DNA of 61,613 nucleotides, the filler included, from Sphacelaria rigidula (Eukaryota), in the NCBI GenBank assembly GCA_964200075.2. It is 9 parts of 9 records of this genome, joined end to end, with 100 filler letters (N's around TTAATTAATTAA, not from the genome) between each part and the next. Parts side by side here need not be neighbours in the genome. Positions count along the whole stretch, not along the records: positions 48,002 to 54,757 come from CAXNAA020018235.1; positions 54,858 to 61,613 come from CAXNAA020018236.1; 7 more parts are not named here. One strand, given 5' to 3'. This document shows positions 51,721-61,613 of this stretch, in pieces. The notes under the pieces are model-generated. The model searched no databases. It saw only the letters and a program-made list of their open reading frames with translations, and was not told where the DNA came from. Position numbers and translations under genes: made by a program. Position 1 is the first letter of the stretch, and the number at the start of each line of letters is the position of its first letter.

Positions 51721-53563
51721 CTAGTTGAAAGAGACGGGTGGCGTTGTAGGTAGCTTCCTTGGGGTGAGATTGTTGTGTGCTTTTCCCGACGGCATAGACA
51801 TCGCAGGCTGACACGTCCCCGTCGTAGTTGACGCCGTTGCCGTCGACCTTCTTCAAGACATCCAGACTCCTGCCGTTGACGTGTCCCAAATGCTGGTGCC
51901 ACAGGTTAGCCGACTCTGCTCTCATGGCCGTTCCCGTTGTTACACCCCCCGGATCCAACGAAAAGGAGTACAACAACTCATCGCTCCCAAGCCGTTTCAA
52001 TGGCAGAGTGACGCTTCCCATCTCCAGACGCGATTGAATAGAGACGAAAATGGAAACAGCCCCCATGTTTGATGCCGTAGGTACTGAAAAGAGGTGCTGT
52101 CTCAAACCAGGCGCGATGATGACTGAGAGTGAAATCGAGTGCTTCCCGCCGTCTCGGTCGGTGACAGTACCGGAAATGGTGCCCGTTGCTACGTCTTTCA
52201 CGATGTGTTTACCAGCGGTACCAGTCCTGTGATGCTGCTTCAGCTTCGCTAGGTTTGTCGTCCGGCGTTGAACTCCGGGAGCAAGCTCGCTGTCCAGGTA
52301 GTATGCAGATGCACCGCTATCCACCAGCATGATCAGGGATGTGTTGTTGATGCCGTCCCCAATGTGCCCCACCGAGCCCAAAGCCGTTGGCGTAGCCACG
52401 TATGACTCCCCATCCGGAACTTCGCCAAACACCCCGAATAATCCCCGAGTATCTGCAGTCCGTTGCTCGAGTGTTTTCTCCGGCGCCGGTCCAAGAACGA
52501 AGACTGACTTGTCGGGCTCTTCCAGCTCCTTGGACTCCTCCGCCACGTTCGCGAGCGTAGTCCCGACAGATGTGAAAGAAAACCCAAACATCGTTTGGAT
52601 GCTGATGCTGCTAGCTTCTTCCTTCTTTGTAGCCTTCTGCTTGAAGCACTGCTCGTCGCTGTGAATTTTTGTCTCGTGTAAAGAACACCACTTGGAATTC
52701 CCGTCTCCTCCTTTCTTCTGGTGCTTCTTCTTTTCCCTCTGCTGTTGTTGGTGATCCTGTGACCTCTGTCGCAGAAGTTCAGGGCATGTGTTGCGACGGT
52801 GCCCGTGTTTGTCGCAGTTAAAACACTGGATGCTGCTGAGATCGCCGTGCGCCGTCTGCATGGCCACACCGCGGCCCACGATAGATTTTGTGGATACGCG
52901 AGAAATGTTGTCGATGGACATGTTCCGCTGTGTGGACTTCATCTCCTCCAACCCGTAGTTGCGGTCGCGGAAGCTGATCTATCGTGCAAAGTCGTAGCCG
53001 TTCGTGATGGGGTGCAGAATGATGTCCTCGTAACGCTCGTCAGAGACCACCGCTCCCATTTCATGCAGCCGGGCCCGAAGATCGTCCAATTTGTGGAAGA
53101 AGTCCTCCGGATCCTGTCCATGCTGCATCTTTGTATTGCATAGCTCGTCGTAGCATGCTCGTCGCGTCTCTTTCGTGTAGCTGTCATATTTGTCCGCACG
53201 GGCTTTCCAGGCAACAATCCCATGGCCGAGTCCCTCCCCCTGCCTCCGGCCCTCGTACTATCGCACGAGGATGTTCGCTAACCCGGTGGTGGCGAGGTAC
53301 AAAATGGAAAATATATCTTGATTACCGCGCTGCCATTTTTCAACGGTTTGCGCGATTGGTGGAGGCGCTCCTGCGGTTTCGCCCAGCAGCTGTCCTTCTG
53401 CTGGCTCAGGGCGTCCCTTCCCCTCCAAAATATGTAAAAGGAACTTGCTTGAATTGTTGATTACTACCCGAACCTTTGACTGCCATTATCGGAGAATTGT
53501 TCTCGTCCCGTCGAACTTGGGGATTGACTTCAGAGTTATTTATACATTGAATGCTCGTTCCAT
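51680..53563 (-). pseudogene. Copia gag (zinc knuckles), protease and GAG-pre-integrase
   Basis: CFNCDKHGHRRNTC (CCHC), WCSLHETKIHSDEQC, LVDSGAS protease motif, LWHQHLGHVN. N-terminal gag (IPKFDG) broken by stops. Confidence 0.9.
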
Positions 53564-53613
53564 GATGTCGCAGCTGCTTCAACTGTAGAACTCACAAAGT
53601 ATCAGGCCAGATT

Positions 53614-54190
53614 CTAGGCACGACTACAACGCCCCGAGACCGTAAGTGCTCGACGCGCAAATGCGGTGCTGTCCGGATCTCGTTGCTACTCGTCGTGCGT
53701 GCAGGCTTCAAACGGCTATACCTTAGCTACTCTAGCTGATGCAGTCGTGTCCAGGTCTAAGCAAACGCTGCCAGGAACCAAATCCTAAGCACGATTACAA
53801 CGCCCCGAGATTGTCAAAATGCTCGACGCGCGAATGTGGTGCTGTCCAGATTTCGTTGCTATACGTCGTGCGTGCAGACTTTAAATGGCTGTACCGAAGC
53901 TTATCCAGCTAGTACAGTAGTGTCCAGGTCCAAGCAAACGCTGCTGGAGACCAAATCCTAAGCACGATTCCAACATCCCGAGGTTGTCAAAGTGCTCGAC
54001 GCGCGAATGTGGTGCTGTCCAGATTTCTTTGCTACACGTCGTGCGTGTAGGCGCTCACGGCTGCAGCTAGCTACACTGCAGTTGTCTCCCTGCCCGAAGC
54101 AAACTCTGCTAAACGAGTTAGATCCTAGGCACAACTAAAGGTGCTATCCAGATCTCGTTGATGTACGTCCTTTCGTACAGGCTAAAATGG
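53614..54190. repeat. ~171-bp tandem repeat (3+ copies) in the copia 5' leader
   Basis: CTA(A/G)GCACGA..ACAAC unit starts at 53614, 53785, 53958 and 54125 (partial). Confidence 0.9.
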
Positions 54191-54499
54191 GCAATATCCA
54201 ACTGTATGCTACAAATTCTAGCGCCCCGACGGTTGTGATGATCGCCGCGCAGAAAATGCAGATGCAAGACTCCATTCCTCGACAAATGATCAAGGTCTAA
54301 ATGAAATACCCCCGAATACGATGCATTAACCAGTTTGTTCGTACCACTTGTTGTGCAGTATCTTGAATCCCGGCTGATCAGACCAGTATCCAGTCGCAGA
54401 CGGGTTGACTTAAGATTTCTCACCGCCTGTAGAATTCGCGACATAGATCTTCGAAGCTCGCTTGTGCTAAATATACCCCGCACTAGCGCCGCGCTGAAA

Positions 54500-54513
54500 C
54501 AGGGCCTATAACC
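54500..54513 (-). promoter_or_regulatory. Primer-binding site of half-tRNA-iMet type
   Basis: GGTTATAGGCCCTG directly after LTR-terminal CA; 12/14 match to the GGTTATGGGCCCAG PBS of Drosophila copia-type elements. Confidence 0.8.
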
Positions 54514-54757
54514 TGTTATGGATGTGTTTCTGTACACCCCCAAGTGGCTGCAGTAGGCTGACGCTAGCAGATGTCAAGCTTCCGTGCGAGCGGTGGCTCA
54601 ACTGTGCAAGACGAAAGATTTGATGTTGAAGGGGTGCTTATGGCCAACACAGACGTGTAGAGTACAATGGACTGTCGAGGTCCAGTTGAGGACACTTTCT
54701 ACGATAGCCCCCCCCAAAAAAGTGCATGGTTTTGGGAGGCAAAATCTTCACGTATAT

Positions 54758-54857
54758 NNNNNNNNNNNNNNNNNNNNNNNNNNNNNNNNNNNNNNNNNNN
54801 NTTAATTAATTAANNNNNNNNNNNNNNNNNNNNNNNNNNNNNNNNNNNNNNNNNNNN
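54758..54857. other. Artificial contig spacer
   Basis: Same 100-nt spacer. Confidence 0.97.
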
Positions 54858-54924
54858 AAATCATTTCTTGCTTGCCTTAGTCGTTTGGCCATTGACCACG
54901 CACCGCTTTCGAGACGGCACATGC

Positions 54925-55060
54925 CAGGCGCGGGAGGGGTGTAGTCATGATCTTGCATGCCGTAGTCATAAGACCATCGACCTCGAATCCCTACAGCCGG
55001 GACTGAGCACGCCGGGTTGTCGCCGGACCAGGCTCGTAATCATCAAGCGCGAACCGCCGT
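54925..55060. repeat. Unclassified dispersed repeat (also ~1-60 inverted, ~42470-42575, ~42610-42690, ~47860-47901)
   Basis: Shared GTCATGATCTTGCATGCCGTAGTCATAAGACC..GAC...CCTACAGCCGGG and GAGCACGCCGGG..TCGCCGGACCA motifs. Confidence 0.7.
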
Positions 55061-55644
55061 GATGTGTTCGGCGAGTCGCATGGAAAGTGAGCTGCATACC
55101 GCTGAGATTGTTCGGCCCGAAGCGTACTGATCATCTTGCATATGGATGGTGACCGCGAATGAGTTGCTTCATTATATAGTATCACCACTTTCAGAGACAG
55201 CCATGGGTTGTCACGCTGCGTCATGGGTGTCTCACCAGCCGGCGGGGGGGCAGGGGGGGGGGGGATTGTTTTTGGGTGTGCCAGTGCTTGCGCTATTCGT
55301 CGAATTCTGGAAGGAGCAGCACTAAAACTCATGTGATATGAGGATCTATCAGCCTTGACGACTGGAAGGTAAAGATAACCGTTTTGTGTCGTCAACACAA
55401 CACTCCATGGGTGTCGTGTTCGTCCCAAGTTGTTGGTAAGTGCTACATATGCCAACAACGAGTTCGAGATTTCCCATGTGTCCTTTCTCCTTTTTTTTCG
55501 CCACTGTATCCATTTGTTTGCCCCGGGTGCGATCTAATGACCTGTGGCCGATCAGTTGAGTAAATGCGCAATATTTGATCAATCGATCAAATCAGTAACT
55601 TCTCAGCGTGTTCCTTGCCGTCTGTTGTGTCGATGCACTAGCAG

Positions 55645-55743
55645 GTGGTGGCACTGTCGACAAACCTACCGTATCATCCGCTCAATGCTTGGAGCTCGCC
55701 GGTACGAGGACAGCTGAACGGATTCGTACACGGCGGCTTTCAG
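55645..55743 (+). CDS. DEX1: DEX1-like (defective in exine formation 1; FG-GAP membrane protein) gene, third-last exon
   Basis: CAG acceptor, GTGAGC donor, 99 nt, phase 0. VVALSTNLPYHPLNAWSSPVRGQLNGFVHGGFQ resembles the plant DEX1 segment ST..P.HPLKAW. Confidence 0.85.
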
Positions 55744-56424
55744 GTGAGCATGCTGAGATACAGGATGACAGTCCCTCGAAGTACAAAGAAGGACGATCGT
55801 TCTCGGCGGTACAGGGTTGTACAGGTTGGCGTGTTGGATATCAGTGGGCCTGGCACAATATTTACACACATGACACCCTCGCCGAGATGTGTGACATGCG
55901 TACTTTTTGTTTTGTTTTTTTCCGTCGTGAGCTGAGAAGTGAATCTGTGATCTCCAACTTGTAGGAATTTGGTGTAAGTCCACACCACAGCTAGGGGAAA
56001 TGCTCATCCGATGCTCGACACTGAAGCATACGGCGAGTACTGTACCAGGGAAGAGATAGGTCGATGATCCCTTGAAAGTGCTGACTCAGAGGCGGTGGAG
56101 GTGAAAATATGACCATAAATCGAACTTAAAATTTACATTTTTGGGAGTTGAAAACAAAAGCCTTCGGGCGCTGTCCAAAATTGCCATGGAAACTGCTCGA
56201 TTGGACATGTTGGAGTCCGATAGACTGCCATCCCTCGGTCGGTGTTTTTCTGGTATGTTGCGTCCGATTTCGTCTTCGCTTTGGATTCGATACCTGCTGC
56301 CAGGTGCCATCGCTAGCGGCGGTAGCAAAACAAAACGTGGCGCCTACAGCGCAGTTGTCGAGTTCAATAAGACGGCCACTCTTGTGCACCCCTGTCCTGG
56401 TTTCTCTCTATATTTCCCCCCTAG

Positions 56425-56541
56425 GGCGTGTTTTTTGTGGGACCGTCATGGAAATACAAGCACGTTGTGGGCCGAGATTTTCCAGTGGAATTCGAGATCG
56501 TCGACAAGCGAGCAGGAGACAAGCGGGATAGAGGCTACAAG
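56425..56541 (+). CDS. DEX1: DEX1-like gene, penultimate exon
   Basis: Pyrimidine tract plus TAG acceptor, GTGAAG donor, 117 nt, phase 0. GVFFVGPSWKYKHVVGRDFPVEFEIVDKRAGDKRDRGYK resembles DEX1 GVFV..........G.NF..E.EIVD. Confidence 0.85.
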
Positions 56542-57718
56542 GTGAAGGGTGTAAGGACACCAGGCACAGACCTCATAACTCGCCATATGATGCCTAGTCC
56601 GACGAACGGTATCTACGTGCCCCGAAAAGTGTGACGCTCTTGATAGTGGCAGCATCCCCCCTCCCCCCCTCCCCAAGACGTGCAATAATGGCAATGAATT
56701 CATAGACAGAGGAGAATGCAACTGTGCGTATGACACCGAATTTGCGCATAGCCGCTGCTAGGAAAAGCGAAGATTTCGTACTATAGCACACGGAACACTG
56801 TACGCACCAAGGCAGAAGCTCTACAGCTGCTGCCAAGGGTGGCTCTGCTTGCCTACGGACAAGGTGAAGCTGGCTGAAATTGCGCCAATTTTGCTTTAGA
56901 TGGATTCATTGTCGCATTTTAACTGATCCCCCCAGGCATCCAGCCGTGGTCGCATGATAGACGTGCCCAAGATGAAAACATGTGGAAACACTCGCAGAAG
57001 AAAAGTAAAGGAAACAGAAGCGCATAAGAGAACAGACAAATTGAGTAAACTCCACACCCTGGAAAATAGATTACATTGTCAAAAAGTGTACTGTGCACAG
57101 TATGGGATCTATTGTCTATTGCAATAGACGCAGTAGTCGATACTGTACGCAGTATATTTCCTCATCATGTATTCTATTGTCCAGGGTGTGGTGAACTCAA
57201 AGAAGAGGAGAAACGATGGGAGGAACAAAACAAAGGGAGAAACCCCTGGAAATGGCCGACCTCCGCCCCATCGCTTCTGTGAAAAAGGTCTAACGCAGAG
57301 ACCACGCCACTGCACAAGGGATTCGGTCGTCCGCTTGTTGTAGTACGGTCAGAGAGGACTCTTGCACTTCAACCATATATATCTCAGGCGTACTCGCGAA
57401 TACAACACTAGATTTTCATGTTCTAGATATTTGACCAAGAGCGTGCCATGTTCTGCGTGAACTATGTTCTGCCAACGTTTGGGAAAGCGACTGTAGGCGA
57501 ACAAGTGTTTTACGCATGTACATGTCTGTAACATATGTTCTAGACAAACACGTGTTCGAAGTCTGTTCGGCATGCGTTTACAAGTGGACAGGTGTTCGAT
57601 CTTCAGCTCTGTGGTAAGTGTGGTATATAGAACTTATATTCCACAAGAATAATGGGGGGTGTCCATCCGTTTACCTGTGAATTTGCTCAATCGGATAACA
57701 AAACAACAATGGAAGCAG

Positions 57719-58009
57719 GTGTCCATCTGGGCAGGAACGCACCGCGTCTTCAGCAATACCTACGCGAAAGCAGGAATTTACGAGGAGAGCCTCACTTTGG
57801 GTGCACCGGTGCACACGCTGCTTCGGATAGAAATGACCAACCCACAGCACCAAGTGTTTGAAGACTACATTGGTGTCGGTTACAATACGGAATTCTACGC
57901 CGCTTTGAAGTGGATGCTAGCTGCACCTGTTGCGTTAGCAGCGGTGCCGTTTTGGTGGTTGAGTCAGCCGGGCTTCACCGCCGGCCGGACAGCGTCGTTG
58001 CCACCATGA
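57719..58009 (+). CDS. DEX1: DEX1-like gene, terminal exon with C-terminal transmembrane helix
   Basis: CAG acceptor, in frame with the previous exon, TGA at 58007-09. YAKAGIY...RIEMTNPQHQVFEDYIGVGYNTEFYAALKWMLAAP resembles DEX1 Y..PG.Y...VEM...NG..FSD.F...F...YY..LKWLL.LP. Confidence 0.87.
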   Translation: MSIWAGTHRVFSNTYAKAGIYEESLTLGAPVHTLLRIEMTNPQHQVFEDYIGVGYNTEFYAALKWMLAAPVALAAVPFWWLSQPGFTAGRTASLPP

Positions 58010-58908
58010 AGAACTCTCTGACGAAGTGACGACCGTTTCTAGGAAGTCACGACGTTTTGTGGAAAGCGAAGATTGGTCCTGGAGTTGAGAGTTCCCCTCA
58101 AACATGACGAGTGTGTGTGGGGGGGTAAAATATTTTTCTCGAAGCGAATTAAATTCCGTTTTTTGTTTCGTTTGTAGCAGCACGTGTTGTACATAGTGCG
58201 GATTGAGATGGTGACTGTTTGGGCGTTCATGTATCCCGTCTGGGCGTTGCAGATGTTTCCCCAGCCTGTGAGATGGCTTGGTGCACGCAGTCGCCGTGCC
58301 CCGGTGGTGTAGCGGTATAGCCGACATAATTGGGGTGGAAAGAACGCGGGTTTGATCCCCGCCAGACGCGTCTGAGTTTTTCTTTCAAGTATCTGATTGC
58401 CGTCCTTGAAAGCGTGACGATGTGAGTGCCAGAAAACTTGGGTTTGTTTGACCGAGTTCGTTTGACGAGGGTTGACGCGGTGCGGGAATGCTGACCCAAT
58501 CTGCGAGACAAAAACGCAAGGCGTGTACGCGGAGAGGAAAGGGTTCATCCCATGAGACCACAGACGCGTACCGAGGAAGGGGAGGGATTCAAAATGAGAC
58601 ATGTACCTATACTTATGTTTTCGTTTTGTTTCCTCTCTTGATCAGCTGTCATTTAGCGAGTGTTTCCGTTTCGTGCAGCTTGGGTACGTCCATCTCGTGA
58701 CTCCGGTTGGATCATTCGGGGGTCGGCCGCTGTGCGACACTCATCCAATCAACCAATAAATGTGTCAAGTATGGAATTGCAAGTGTACGTGTTTGAGTGT
58801 TATAACCGCCGACGATACTCCACGCAATTTTTTACGCCTATCCAATCATGTACGGTCGTTATACTTGATCATGATTTGATAGTCACTTATCGTTTAACAC
58901 AACACTTT

Positions 58909-60834
58909 CAAGGGTAGTTCGAGTAGAGTGTGTACTTTCGAGTACTCGAGTAAAATACTCAAGTATTCACTCTACTCAAAGTTTGAGTGCGTCGAGCACG
59001 GCCTCAAATACTCGACTAAAATTTTGAGTACGTCGAGTACGGCCTCGAAAACTTTACTCAAAATGTGAGTGGATCGAGTACGACCTCAAATACTCTGCTC
59101 AAATATTGAGTAAGCACTCTCAGTAATACTTGAGTATAGAGTATCAATTGAGTATGACTTCAATACTCTACTCAATTTTTGAGCAGATTGAGTAAGACCT
59201 CAAATACTCTACTCAATTTTTGAGTAGATTGAGTACGACCTCAAATACTCTACTCAAATATTGAGGAAGCACTCTCAGTAGTACTTGAGTATAGAGTATC
59301 ACTTCAGTATAACCTCAACACTCTACTCAAATTTTGAGTAGGTCGAGTACGGCCTCACATACTCTACTCAAAATTCTGAGTAGATTAAGTACAACCTCCA
59401 ATACTCTTCTCAAATGTCGAGTGAGCTCAGTAATACTTGAGTATAGAGTATCACTTGGGTAATGTGAGTATCCGTGACCGTCGGCGACTTCGTAACGCCA
59501 CTTTACAGACTTTGTTGAATACATGGGCGAACGATGGCCATCAATTTAGATAAGTGGCGTTACGTTTCAGGCTACAAGAAGTATGAGCGAGTGATGAACA
59601 CAGGGAAAAAAAAGCGTGCAGATGAATGAACACTGAACCTACCTGCCCCAGCGCCCAATCTTACCAGCCCCCACCCACAGTAGTACATACTCGATACCTC
59701 GCAACGCCTTCGATATCACCTTCAGTACAGAGCGCTACTCATCATCATTGAGTAATCGAGTAGACGGGTAGTCGAGTAGTAGGTAATACATTATCAAAAT
59801 GGGCGACTCTACTGGCCATACATGTGACTTCTCCGTGGGAGAGTCAGCGGTGGAAACAGTACAAGACGCGGAAACATCGGAACAGTCATCAGAAGAAGCA
59901 ACAGGAGAAGGCGCGACGGAGTCAGTGATAGACCTGACCCCAAAACAGGCTCCGGCGGTCCTCGTTGTAGAGGCGCCCCCCGTGTACAGAACCAACGGCA
60001 ATGTTTACAAGTTGCCCCAGAAAACGATTGCGGCGATCGAGAGCTTTCGGGTCCCCGACGGATATCAACAAATGGGTAGCCGGGAAGACTCTTACATGCA
60101 CTCTGTTCGTCATTTCATGAAGCCCGTGGACCCAAAGAACAAGACCGGGAAGTTCCATTGTGAAGCAAGTACAAGCTGCCGCATTAATCAGAAAAATATC
60201 CGCATGATCTCGAGTACGTCAAGTACGGCCTCAGACACTATTCAAATTTTGAGTACGCCGAGTACGGCCTCAAACACTCTACTCAAATTTTGAGTTGATC
60301 GAGTACGGCCTCAAATACCTTACTCAAATTTTGAGTATGTCGAGAGTACGGCCTCAAATACTCGACTCAAAATTTGAGTAGATCGAGTACGACCTCAAAT
60401 ACTCGACTCTAATATTGAGTAAACGCTCTCAGTAATACATGAGTATGGAGTATCACCTGGGTATGACCTCAGTACTCTACTCAAAGTTTGAGTACGTCGA
60501 GTACGGCCTGAAATACGTTACTCAAATTCTGAGTAGGTCGAGTATGGCCTCAAATACTCTACTCAAATTCTGAGTAGATCGAGTACGGCCTCAAATACTC
60601 TACTCAAATGTTGGATGAGCACTCTCAGTAGTACTTGAGCATAGAGTATCACTCGAGTATGACCTCAATACTCTACTCAAATTTTGAGTAGATTGAGTAT
60701 GATGTCAAAGACTCTACTCGAAATTTTGATTAGATTGAGTATGATGTCAAAGACTCTACTCAAAATTTGAGCACTAAAAGTATGACTCTTCGATAATACT
60801 GAGTATTGTGTATACTCTACTCGATCTGCCCTTG
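58909..60834 (+). mobile_element. hAT-type deletion derivative (1926 bp) with large subterminal repeat arrays
   Basis: TIR CAAGGGTAGTTCGAGTAGAGTG / TACTCTACTCGATCTGCCCTTG. 8-bp TSD AACACTTT / AACGCTTT. ~39-bp arrays at ~58940-59460 and ~60210-60800. Confidence 0.9.
59799..60205 (+). pseudogene. Probable truncated transposase N-terminus (acidic tract, then first half of a BED-like zinc finger)
   Basis: ATG-initiated ORF inside the hAT TIRs. KFHCEASTSCR Cys pair, after which the ORF runs straight into the repeat array. Domain identity is inferred from position. Confidence 0.55.
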
Positions 60835-61149
60835 AACGCTTTCATCTTCTACCAATCTCGAGGGAAGATTTTTCTCTCAACACACGCACGCAGAGTGAGA
60901 TTGCGGCAAGAGAGCTGGAGCAGTTCAACCATCTGACAAGGGGTTCTACAAATTGAGGATGGACTTGTCTTAATGATGAACCCTGGGAACCTTCATGAGC
61001 ATCGAAATATACTTTTCGATATAAAAATGCAGATGTACTTTACGCCATGATGGGTCCCCTCGCTCTCACCATCCTCAGGAGAATCCATCAACAGGTCGTA
61101 AAATCACGGGTGTATATCGAACAATTCCACACCCTGGACAATACAATAT

Positions 61150-61242
61150 GTAATATATATATATATATTGCCCTCTTAACATATCGACGCGTCGGGTGGT
61201 AAATATATATTAGGCGAGCAATATGATGACACGAGAGAGGGT

Positions 61243-61284
<42 letters not shown>

Positions 61285-61545
61285 TGCCATCAATATAATA
61301 TCAAGGCTCGCGACATGCAATATATATCGACCGAACAATATATCACAACACGTGCCACCTCAATATATATCGGCCGAGTAGTATGTTGGTGGGAGAAGGC
61401 ACCAAAATATATTCATCGGGTGATATATTTTTTGCTGCCACCCGAGGTCAAGATATATTGACGATTCAATATACTCGACACCCGAAGCGCCAATATATAT
61501 TGGGTGGACAATACACGAGGGAACCGACGGTCACAATATAATATG
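61150..61545. repeat. ~43-bp-period array of CAATATATAT motifs with variable GC-rich intervening sequence
   Basis: Motif starts at 61201, 61243, 61318, 61361, 61403, 61449, 61491, 61534. Confidence 0.75.
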
Positions 61546-61613
61546 TTGTGTACCCGTCCCATTTATTCTGGGCACCAGTCTACACCTTTCGGTATATGTG
61601 GGCGCATCAGCTG
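61544..61613 (-). mobile_element. SINE 3' end (cut by window end)
   Basis: CGTCCCATTTATTCTGGGCACCAGTCTACACCTTTCGGTATATGTGGGCGCATCAGC. Confidence 0.82.

Larger units (their letters stand above)
48116..54690 (-). mobile_element. Near-complete decayed Ty1/copia LTR retrotransposon
   Basis: Minus strand: LTR end TAACA (54514), PBS GGTTATAGGCCCTG, gag-PR-INT-RT-RH in copia order, PPT GAGGGGGAG (48214-48222), then LTR start TGTTA (48213). Both LTRs run into MITEs at the contig ends. Confidence 0.93.

Noticed and set aside
57350..57611. Possible hAT MITE (CAGAG...CTCTG) in the last DEX1-like intron
   Set aside because: The terminal match is only 5 bp and there is no TSD.
42020..58009. ABCA exon and DEX1-like exons as one gene or cluster with a copia in an intron
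   Set aside because: They lie on three different unlinked contigs and belong to different protein families.
58940..60800. CRISPR array
   Set aside because: Units are tandem with no unique spacers, they lie inside hAT TIRs with a TSD, no cas genes are present, and the context is eukaryotic.

Overview
Eukaryotic, repeat-dense DNA, most likely from a brown alga (inferred from intron style, repeat families and the protein fragments, not proven). The window is NOT one locus. It is nine contigs of near-identical, descending length (6758, 6758, 5 x 6757, 6756, 6756 bp) joined by eight 100-nt spacers (44N-TTAATTAATTAA-44N), i.e. a size-sorted concatenation, so adjacency across spacers means nothing. 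Host genes: one ABCA-transporter exon (42020-42136) and the last three coding exons of a DEX1-like membrane protein (55645-58009). The rest is mostly transposon-derived: a decayed near-complete Ty1/copia element with a half-tRNA-type PBS, a decayed Ty3/gypsy pol, the 5' end of a second LTR element, four hAT-type elements with 8-bp TSDs, Harbinger-type MITEs, a CAC-ended element, MITEs with 4-bp TSDs, a tRNA-derived SINE family, two dispersed families carrying (CCCTAA)n, and a probable MULE relic. The most unusual structures are a ~43-bp-period motif/variable-spacer array (61150-61545), higher-order palindromic arrays inside TIR elements, and a four-level TE nest. I found no intact novel protein-coding system.
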